Shown: positions 11,701 through 21,019 of the stretch, one piece after another
Numbering within the stretch: the first letter of the stretch is position 1
Layout of the letters: every line of letters begins with the position of its first letter
NCBI RefSeq assembly: GCF_048593235.1
Contig: NC_133621.1
Coordinates: 219,067,238 to 219,131,237 of the forward strand
From: Sminthopsis crassicaudata
Taxonomy: Eukaryota
Direction: 5' to 3'
DNA: 64,000 nt
The notes under the pieces: generated by a model
What the model was told of the DNA's origin: nothing
What the model saw: the letters and a program-made list of their open reading frames with translations, nothing else
Databases searched by the model: none
Made by a program: the position numbers and the translations under genes

Positions 11701-14700
11701 AAAAACGACATATTGTAGGATTCTGGCTTTTAATCCAGTCTGCTATCTGCTTCTGTTTTATGAGAGTGCTCATCCCATTCACATTCCCAATTAAAATTAG
11801 TAACTGTATTTCTTGCCATCCTGTTTTTCCCATGATATATTTTTCTCTTTCCTTTCCCCCTTTCCTTCCTCACCAGTCTTTTGCTTCAGATCACCATTTT
11901 CCTTAATCTGCCTTCCCTTTTATTCAGCCCTTTTCCCCTTCTTACCCCATTTTCTTTCTACTTCTGTCCTCCCTTCTATTAGCCTCCCCCTTTCTTTTCC
12001 CCTTTCTCCTCCTACTTCCCTATAGGGTGAGACAACTTTCTATGTCAAAGTAAATATGTATGATATTCCTTCTTTGAGCCAAATCTAATGAAGTTAAGGT
12101 TCAAACAATGCTCATCCCTCTCCCTTCTTTTCCTCAGCTATAATACGTCTTTTTTTGCCTCTTCATATGATGTAATATATCCCATTTCACCTCCCCTTTC
12201 CTCTTCTTCCCATATAATCCCTTTTTCACCCCTCGTTTCCTTTTTATATCTCACATTAAAGTCAACTAAAGTCATCCTCCAAGTATACCCCTAGCAAAGA
12301 TTCAGTTCTCATCTTCCCATGTATGAATATATACGTTTTGAACTTAAAAAAAAAAAAAGATGTTTTTCTGTTCAGCTCTCATCTTTTCATCAAAAATAAT
12401 TGAAAATCCTCTATTTCATTGAATGTCCATTTTTTTCTCCTGAAAGACAATAGTTTTGCTGGGTAGTTGATTCTTGGCTGCAATCCAAGCTCCTTTGCCC
12501 TCTGGAATATCATAATCCAGACCCTTTGATCCTTTAAATAGAAGCTATTAGGTCCTGGGTAATCCTGATTGTGGCTCCTCAATATTTGAATTGTTTCTTT
12601 ATGGCTGCTTGCAGTATTTTCTCCTTGATCTGATAGTTCTGGAATTTAGCTGCAGTATTCCTTGGTGTTTTAATTTTGGGGTCTCTTTCAGGGGAGTTAT
12701 GGATGGATTCTTTCAATGGCTAGTTTACTTTCTGGTTCTAGGATATTATGGCAGTTTTTCCTTGATTTCTTGGAAAATGTTATCCAGGGTCTTGTTTTTA
12801 TCACTCTTTTCAGGTAGTGCAATAATTCTTAAATTGTCTCTCCTGGATCTGTTTTCCGAGTAGGTTTTTTTTTTTTTTTTTTTCCAGTGATGTATTTTAC
12901 ATTTTCTTCTCCCTTTTTTTGGTTTTGTTTGATTCTTGATGTTTCATTGAGTCATTCACTTCCATTTCTCCAATTCTGATGTTTAGTGAATTATTTTCTT
13001 CATTTAGCTTTTTTACTTCCTTTTGCATTTGGTCAATTTGTGCTTTTAAAGGAGTTATTTTATTCATTGGATTTTTTTTTTCCATTTCACCAGTTCTATT
13101 TTTTTTTTTTTTTTGCCTCTTAAAATTTTTTAAAATTAATTTTATAAATATAACATTTTTTGACAGTACATATGCATAGGTAATTTTTTTACAACATTAT
13201 CCCTTGTACTCCCTTCTGTTCCGTATTTTTCCCCTCCTTCCCTCCACCCCCACCCCTAGCTTCCTCTAGAGGGCAACAGCAGCTTCATGCTGCTGCCCCA
13301 CTGGGCTGGATGGGCCTGGCCATGTCCTGCTTGTTGTGCTGGGTTCAGGGGCTCACTATTTGCCTTCTGTGGTTGTTCTGGAGGTCTTTCATTTAGTCTG
13401 CTGATCCACTGGCTTCTGAACTAGGACAGAGTAGCCAGTGCTGTTGTACTTTGGCTAAAAGTTTTTCTGCTCTCAGGGCCTCTCTACCTTTGCTGAGCTG
13501 TGCATGTATGCCCCCTACACACCTGACTGAGACAGGCCTTTCCTGAAGTCCTTCCAAGATATCTTCTGCTGGAAATTTGTTACATTCCAAACATTTGTGA
13601 GTCCTCTCACTCCAAAATCCATTCAGAGATTTGATCTAGTGTTGATTCTGAAGGAAGCAAGAAGAGTTCAAGGCAAAGTCCTGTCTACTCTCTGCCATCT
13701 TGGCTTTGCATACCATGAAATACTACTTGTAAAAACTGTTTAGCATAATGCCTGGCATATAGTAAGTGCTTTAAAATAACAACAACAAAAAATCCTCCAA
13801 AATATACACATTAGGAAGAACAAGTAGCTGGATGAAGAATGGATTGGAAAATGGAGGAGACAGAAGAATCATCTAAAAGAAGCTATTTCAGGAGTTCAGA
13901 AGAGTAGTAATGGAAGAGTGTGTTTAGTTCTAGGAAGAAGAAAAAAAAGTGAACAAAAAGAGAAGATGAGGTGAGGGCAGAATGGGAGGACATTGGAGTT
14001 ATAAAATTTGGAAATCAATTGAATATGAGAAATAAGGAAAAGGAAACAGCTAAATAAAATATCAAATTTGCAAATGTGGGAGAGTGGGTAAATACTTCTG
14101 ATTGAAATAGTAAAATCAGAAAGGGGAATTTAGGAGGAAAGATTTGGGAAAGAATGCTCAGTTTGGGATTGGTAGAATTTATGATTCATTTTTTTCTGGA
14201 GAAGGCCAGAGGATTTGGGCTGAGCGTCACAAGTAGCGATGAGGGATTGGCTTTATCAGGGAGTACACATACCAGAGGGAAGGAAGAGTCTAGGTGATGA
14301 TATTGAGAAAAACCAAGAATGGAGTTGGGGCATTATGAGGAGGATGGTCTCCTCAGATGGCTTCAGTCTTTTCTGTAAAGGGGATAAGTCAGCTTGTCTG
14401 AGATATGGTCAAGGTGCAGGTGAGAAAAAAAAGTTTGAAAGAGTGAGTGGGGAAAGATATTAGAAGGATTATTCAGAAGCAGGTGGAGCTCATTTTCTGC
14501 ATTTTGGGAAGCAGCAGGGTCTGGTCAGCCTCTTCTGACAATTCTCTGGTCTCATTCTCTTCCATCTGGTGCTCCTGGATCGCTTCCCTACCTCTGTCCC
14601 TTTCTGCAGATGTCCTGGGTCACATCATGAAGAATATCACAGCTAAGCGCTCACGGGCCCGGATAGTGGAGAAACTTCTGTCCTTGGGGCTGGTTGCAGA

Positions 14701-16083
14701 GCGGCGGGAGCTATACAAGAAGCGCCGGAGGAAGCCTGCAACTGCCAGTCTTGTAAGCACATCTTGGTACTGCTTCCACTGAGCCCTCTTCATTTCATTC
14801 TTGACTATTCCCACATCTTCTAGTGAGGAGGGCAGGATCAGAAGGTCTGACTCAGCACTCTCAAGCTGCCTCTACTCCTCATGTTCTAGCCCAACTTAGG
14901 CCTGCTTCTTTCCAGATGGATGGAAAAGATCCTCTTAAGGACCCTGACCAGGAGGATCCAGAGGAAGAAGAAGAGGAGGATCAACTGCTGGAGGAGGATA
15001 GTGAGGAGGATGAAGAGGGCCCAGAGGCTGAAGCAGCCCAAGATACCCCAGGCCACCTAGCCCAAAGCCTTAGGCAGATCCTGCAAGAAGAAGGTGAGGA
15101 GACTGGGAACAAAGGTTTGGGATTAGAAAGACTGGGGTGGAGGACCCCCAGATCATCCCCCAGATCATCATTTTCCCTTTACCTCCTCAGACTTCTCTGC
15201 CCCTATCCAGTGGCTCCAGAACTGCTTGATTCGAATAGCTGATGACCGGGAGGAAGATGGTGAGTGGGAAAGGTTGGGGGATTTGAGGAGGAGGGGACTG
15301 AAGCCTTCTAGAAACATGATCAGGGACTAGAAGGAACAGGGCTTTCTCCCTCATCTAGGTCTGTCCCTTCTCTTCCTAGGCTGCAGCCAGGCAGTGCCCT
15401 TGGTGCCTCTGACAGAGGAGAATGAGGATGCAATGGAGAATCGGGACTTCCAGAAACTGTTGAGAAAGCTGGGGATTCGGCCTCCAGCCTCAGAACAGGT
15501 CAGCTCTGTGGCCCGTCAGAGGACCAGACTGGGGACTGGTGGTTTTCTTGCCCTTCTCCCCATTCCGACTGTTGGTCATATATTCCCTGACCATTTAGGA
15601 ATCTTTCTGGAGAGTTCCAGCCAAGTTGAGCCCTGCACTGCTGCGGAGGGCGGCAGCTTCTTTGGGTCAAGCAGAATCTGAGAGACAGTCTACAGACTGC
15701 CCAGAGCAGGGGCCCAGGAAGGAGAAGCCTGCACAAGCCCTGGGATCCCCTGTGATAGCCAAAAAACGGAAGGTTGCTCTAGGGATGGCAGGTAACAGGT
15801 CTGGGAGTAGGGAACTGGCTGGGGCATGAGGCAGCAAGCAGAGCCTCGCCCTTACTGGTATTCCTCGTTGGATCATTTCAGAAGGAAAAGCTGATGAGGA
15901 GCCATCAAGTTCTGGGTCCCAGAAGCTACAACTACTAGACAGTGATGGGGAGCAGAAGGATGAAAATGAAAACAAAGGTCAGGGAAGGAGTCTGTCTATG
16001 CATATTTTCCTCTTATTCTTTCTTTTCATTACACTGTGTCTGTGCCTTGGGATAATACCTTCCTCCTGTCTTCCTTCTTTATG

Positions 16084-16150
<67 letters not shown>

Positions 16151-16346
16151 TCTCTCTCCTGTTCTATCACCCTCTTCATGTGTGTCTGTGTGTAATAGCC
16201 TTCCTTCTATTCTTCCTCTTTGTCCTCCTCATAATTATCCTGACCATTTTCCTTCTTCAAATCTCATAGATACTGATCCAGACTCCCCTGAGCCCCTGAG
16301 GATCCACAAGAAGAGGAGGTTTCTGATTGAGGATGAAGATGACTAA
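2728..16346 (+). CDS. TIMELESS: Protein timeless homolog, 3' part (last 16 coding exons, ~675 aa; the gene starts upstream of the window)
   Basis: Exons 2728-2865, 2951-3102, 3416-3513, 3633-3756, 3870-4071, 4337-4482, 5004-5089, 6327-6450, 6534-6616, 14610-14752, 14916-15093, 15191-15259, 15380-15498, 15599-15791, 15882-15977, 16270-16346 (TAA). Total 2028 nt, phases compatible. Peptides match TIMELESS: [92 protein letters not shown] (PARP1-binding domain), C-terminal IEDEDD. Confidence 0.96.
5500..6080 (-). mobile_element. Ancient LINE-2 fragment (approximate)
   Basis: Resembles degraded L2 sequence by eye; boundaries uncertain. Confidence 0.45.
8065..8257 (+). mobile_element. MIR/CORE-SINE 5' half; the 3' half resumes at ~13720-13780
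   Basis: CORE motif (caagtcagtcaacctctgtttccc...tgtaaaatgggg); the continuation gtaaaaactgtttagcataatgcctggcatatagtaagtgc follows the L1. Confidence 0.65.
8476..9272 (+). mobile_element. LINE-1 3' fragment nested, in opposite orientation, in the 3' UTR of the antisense L1
   Basis: ORF2 end (MCIPFD...[10 protein letters not shown]), 3' UTR and A-tail; TSD-like atttccacatt (8465-8475) / aattcccacatt (9273-9284). Confidence 0.85.
13098..13258 (-). mobile_element. Short 3'-UTR fragment of the young L1 subfamily
   Basis: Near-identical to the reverse complement of 1610-1750; no clear TSD. Confidence 0.8.
16088..16144. repeat. (TG)~28 microsatellite in the last TIMELESS intron
   Basis: Perfect dinucleotide run. 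Confidence 0.98.
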
Positions 16347-16611
16347 GAAGCTGCTTTGGTGTGACATGGGAGGGTGCCCCAGCACTGGTCCCCACAGCTA
16401 GCTCCCAGGAGCAGCTCCAAATTGCTGGGGCAGACTGGCAAAGGGGACAGTGGATGTGTCCTTTGTTCCATTTTCCTAGGGTAACAGGCTCTGCTCTTCT
16501 CTTACCCTTGGTTACCTGCCTTGGTCCAGCTTTGGAACTTTGGGGTGGGAGTAAGAGGGGCAATTTATAGATACTTCTTGTTTTGTGCTTTATTATGAAA
16601 TTAAAGCAGTA

Positions 16612-16617
16612 AATAAA
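16612..16617 (+). terminator. TIMELESS poly(A) signal AATAAA (ATTAAA also at 16600-16605)
   Basis: Hexamers ~260 nt after the stop codon. Confidence 0.7.
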
Positions 16618-19350
16618 AACCTGCTTCTATTGGCCTGAATTTCAACACATTTTAACTCTTTGTCCAGGCTTCCATATATATACCTTACTTGAAATGACAG
16701 TGACACTATCAGGGTCTTTTTGTTCCATGCATACCCAACTTTAAGGGAGTCCAGGGACCCTGAATCCAGTGAAGCTTTCCATGACTGTTGGCAGGAGGGG
16801 GAATGATGTTTACAGGGCAGTGACAGAGAAAGAGAAAAAGGCATTTGTCACCATAGCAACAAGGGCAAAGGTCCTAGTCCAGCCTGCAGAGAAGGAAATA
16901 TGCCATATCTTTTTTGACCTCTTGAACCATCTGCTTCCCACAATCTACTGACTTTAGCTTTTGTAGGGACTAGGAGCACAGAAAAATAGGCAGTTAGACC
17001 TAGGAGAATCATTTCTCAAGCTTTTTTTTTTTCTTCAGAGACTTTCCTCATAAATCCTTACAATACAATGAGTATCATGAGATTCAAGTCTCAGGAGAGA
17101 TGGGATAAGAACAGAGCCTAACTATGACCTGGCAAAACTCTATCTTGCCATTTCCTTATCTGACTCTACTTGACCCCCTACCTTTTATTTTTCTTCAGCA
17201 GGACTACCCCAACCACCATCCTTATGGCCCAGATTCAGCTTTGTTTTGCTATATCTTACTATATCAACTGATTATCACTACAATAAAAGCCATAATAGAG
17301 ACTCTCACCTCTCCTCCTGTCTCTTTCCAATAATATGCTGGCTACATTCTCTAGCCAACCTCAATCCCCAAAGTAGGATCTACTATTTGAATTTCCCAAT
17401 TTGGACCCTTGCTCTGACATAAAGTGGCATGGGGTGTGGCTAAGGAGGTTTTTTGCCCTATGTTTGCACTGTGACTTGGATTTTTTGACTTAAGAGGGAA
17501 GGAACCCATTGAGACTTCAGTCCTTGGATTCCAAGATGTCAGCCAGGCTTAATAAGACCCTACTCTATAGCTCCTGGGCAAATTTCAGTTGAATTAGGGA
17601 GTATTTTTGGTTACCTGTCCCTCCAGAGAACTCATGAACTTGAGTAGATGATTTATCAAATCGAACAGCAGGCATGTGAGTTTACCTTGGTTCTGTTCCC
17701 ATAGATCCCAAAACCCATTTCTGGTCTTTTACCTCTGCCTCCTACCCAAGAGTTTTCATCTGAGGCTTGAAGTATCATGTAATATCTGTTAAAATTTCCT
17801 TAATTAAAGGCTATGATAATGTGCCAAGCTAATCAAAAAGTCCTGGCCAAGCCTTCTCTAACACACGCACACATTCCTTACATCCCCTCTAAGACTTGCA
17901 GCTTGGTGAAGAATATAATCCATTTATTTTCTTACATGAAATGTAGACTATGGAACAAATAACCCGATAAGGATGAGGATGAGGGGCAGAAGCTCTAAAT
18001 AGTTTGTAAATTTTTTAAAATTAAAATTAAAGGGTCTAAGAAGCTCTAGAATGGGGAAGGAAATATCCTGGATTCATTGACAACTTATAATAGATAAAGG
18101 CTGTGGATTTAAGACCTTATACCTAACCAATTCTGTTTTGCCATTTTCCCCCTTAACTTCTAGACCCTTCTTTCTCCTAGTGCCTCATTCACTCATTAAG
18201 CAAATATTGCGCATAATTGTGTATTTAGCCTTTACTAAAATCTTCTAGTGCTTTATAATTAACATGGAGGAGACTCTAGGTCCTTAAAAGTTACATTGCA
18301 CTAGAGATTGCTTGACTGAGGACCAGCCTGGATACATTTGGAGAGTCTCAAACTAATCTTTTCTCTTTCATAATGTCCATTTCATAGACTTCTCTGAACC
18401 TGACCAGGAATGTTGGGATGTGGGTGGCAAATGAATAGCAATAGAACTGTTAAGTAAAACACTTTTTTCTAATTCAGAAGACATAACATTAGCTTATCTT
18501 TATACTTAACTTTATACATATTCCTTTTGATCTTTGTTGAAAATAAAAAACATAAGAATTATTATAACAACTACCATGCACCAGGCACCATGCTAAGGAT
18601 TTTACAGATATCCCATTTGAAAATATTATCGTACTTGATCTTCCCATCTAGGTAAGTGCTACCACCATTTTACAGTTGAGGAAAGCAAAGGTTAAATGAC
18701 TTGCCCAGAGTCACACAGCTACCTGAAGCTGGATTTGAACCCTGGTCTCCTCAACTTCAGTGCTGTCTCCAGGGCACCATTTTGGTATTGTTCCCATTAT
18801 ACTGACGAAGAAACAGGTTCATGGCAGCTAAGTGAATTGTTAAATGTCACGGAGTTCAGAAAGGAAGAAGACCTGGACTCCAAACCTCTGGCTGCATGTC
18901 TAGTTCTGTTCACTTTCCTACCACACAAAGGGACAAGGTCTGATCTGGTGCAAGGTAGACAAATATTTGCAGTGACCATTTCTCTTGCCAGTCTTTGGGA
19001 TAGGATAGGAAGAGCAGGGCTATGTGAAGTCCACGATAGGAGACTACAAAGGAGAGACCAACTGTCACTTGAGCAGGTAGGTTTCCTTGTGTCTCTTTTG
19101 TGCCAGGAGAAATGATTCTCTAGCTTTCCATAGTCAAAGACAAAGACGAGACAGGAGAAATAGAAGGGAGCACAAATTCTTGAATGATTAGTCCAGAAAT
19201 TCCACCTTTGGCCATTAGCATCAAGTTATAGAGGTGGAGGTTGTACTGTGGAGCAAAGTGTCCCCCATCTGAAATCTGAATGCCAGAAGAGAATAGCTTT
19301 GTCTCCTTTATATTCTTCTCTAGCAAGGCTGCAGTCCACCACTCTCCAAA

Positions 19351-20259
19351 ATGCCTGTATTGATGCTTCTGTGTGGCTTCCTGCTATACCCAGTAGCTGC
19401 TGGATCCCAGCCAAAGACCCTTCCTCTCCCGCCTCCGACCCTGGACCCCCAGCCGCCCATTCTCAGCCCCCTTTCCTGCGGGGACTTGTTGCCTGAATCT
19501 CTTCCCCATTTCAACCACTTAGCCCCCCTGCCTAGGTACCTGGTTAGCCTGGCCCTGTACATACCCCTGGAGCAAGCCGGCTGCCCGACCGATGCCCGTA
19601 ACCTCCGGCAGCAGCTCCATGGGCTGGGGGGGGTGAAAGCCACGGAGACCCTGCTCCGACAGCTCCACGGCCTGCCGGGGGACAAAAGAGACAGGAAGTC
19701 TGAGCGGGCCCTGCTCTCCATGCTGCAGCTCCTGGGCAGGAGGCCGCAGAGGCCGGGAAGGTCAGCGAGGACCGCCCGATCCCTCTCCGCGCCACATTGT
19801 ATCTCTGAGAAGGAACAGCGGGTGCACAGCATCATCCAGCTCCTGCCCCAGGTGGGCAGTTACTACAACCTCGGGACCGCTTTCTATTACGCCGCCCTGA
19901 ACTGCACGGCTCAGGCCTGGGAGCGCGGGCAGGAAGCGGGGCTGGACCTGGGCTACGATCTCCTGGTGGGGCTGATGGGAGTGGTGGGCGGCCCCGTAGG
20001 GGTAGCGGCTGGCGTGGTGCTCAGACCAGTGGTCAAGTCCGAGGCTCGGAGGCTGATCGAATACTACTACAGCAACAAGGAGGAGTTGGCAAGCCCTCCC
20101 CTGAGCCCAGGTCCAAGCGGGCAGGACTGGGGGCTCACCCCAGGAGCAGGCGGCCGCCCGACGGAAGACCACGGGCCGAGCAGCAGCGAGCTCGGGGCTG
20201 AGGAGGTGACAGAAGCCCCCTCCCTGTGGAGCTGGAGGTCATTCAGCATCTGGGGCTAG
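19351..20259 (+). CDS. APOF: Apolipoprotein F precursor (302 aa, main coding exon)
   Basis: Signal peptide MPVLMLLCGFLLYPVAAG; PLPRYLVSLAL, LEQAGC, furin-type site RTAR|SL, QLLPQVGSYYNLGTAFYYA and DLGYDLL match APOF. Syntenic between TIMELESS and STAT2. Acceptor ttcttctctag ends at 19323. Confidence 0.93.
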   Translation: MPVLMLLCGFLLYPVAAGSQPKTLPLPPPTLDPQPPILSPLSCGDLLPESLPHFNHLAPLPRYLVSLALYIPLEQAGCPTDARNLRQQLHGLGGVKATETLLRQLHGLPGDKRDRKSERALLSMLQLLGRRPQRPGRSARTARSLSAPHCISEKEQRVHSIIQLLPQVGSYYNLGTAFYYAALNCTAQAWERGQEAGLDLGYDLLVGLMGVVGGPVGVAAGVVLRPVVKSEARRLIEYYYSNKEELASPPLSPGPSGQDWGLTPGAGGRPTEDHGPSSSELGAEEVTEAPSLWSWRSFSIWG

Positions 20260-20342
20260 AAGGAAATCAGCGGGGAGCCGGGGGGGGGGGCGGAAGTGGC
20301 TTATGAGGAGTCCGAGGCCCGAATCATTAAACGCAGGTGCCT

Positions 20343-20348
20343 AATAAA
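20343..20348 (+). terminator. APOF poly(A) signal AATAAA
   Basis: 83 nt after the APOF stop. Confidence 0.65.
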
Positions 20349-20859
20349 TGCGGCTTGTTTGTTCTAATTGGAAAGCGCAGGACGTAGACCCGTCCCCATC
20401 CTTCCTCCAGGTAACCTCCTCTAGCTCTCGCCCACTGAAGGGTTGTGTTGTTTTGCGTGACTTCGTGGGGATTTCTGGGCAAAAATGTGCAGCAGGCAGC
20501 CTTAGTGACCCGAGGCGGGACTTGAACTCGAGAACATGGGTCGGGGAGGCCCTGCAGCTCTCAAGCTCTCCCTCCATTGACTGACAGTCCTTAGTCAACC
20601 CCAGTTTCAGACAAGCTCCTTTTCCCCAAGAGCTCCGCCTCGATTCCCGGAAACTCTTCTTCCCAGCCCTGCTCAATCTTCAACTTTTCACTGGGCTATT
20701 CTTCCAGAGGAGCCCCCTCCCGCCGCAGAAAGTGGGGCGGAGTTTTCTTGCCTTCCGTCCAATTGCTGCAGGTGGGAGGCGGGGCTTTTCTCTCACTCCC
20801 CACCCTTTGGGGAGGGGCGGGGCTTGTTTTCCGGAGGAAGCCTTCGAGGAGAGCGGAGA

Positions 20860-21019
20860 ATCGTTCGCGCGGCCGGAGGGAGGAGAGTTTGGACCGGAAT
20901 AGCGGTGCAGGGGGAGGAGCCGGGGAGCGAGGGGGAGGGGCTTCCAGTGTTTGTAGTCGATCTGGCCGAGGAGAACCGGGCTGCGGGATCCGGGAGCTAG
21001 GCAGAGCGACCCCCGACAG
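20860..21019 (+). other. STAT2: Probable non-coding exon 1 of STAT2 (start approximate)
   Basis: Strong donor CAG|GTAAGG at 21020 inside the CpG island; eutherian STAT2 has a non-coding exon 1. Confidence 0.6.

Larger units (their letters stand above)
8260..13720 (-). mobile_element. Older, originally full-length LINE-1, antisense to TIMELESS, with a large internal ORF2 deletion
   Basis: Minus-strand 5' UTR ~13260-13720; ORF1 remnants ([21 protein letters not shown]; [19 protein letters not shown]); ORF2 endonuclease-region remnant ~11015-11800 joined to the ORF2 3' end ~9380-11010; 3' UTR and T-tract to ~8260. Confidence 0.85.

Noticed and set aside
16089-16346. 85-aa ORF starting MCVCVCV
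   Set aside because: Translation of the (TG)n microsatellite running into the real last TIMELESS exon
19320-20249. Antisense and alternate-frame ORFs (171, 136, 83 aa) over APOF
   Set aside because: Shadow ORFs of a GC-rich coding exon
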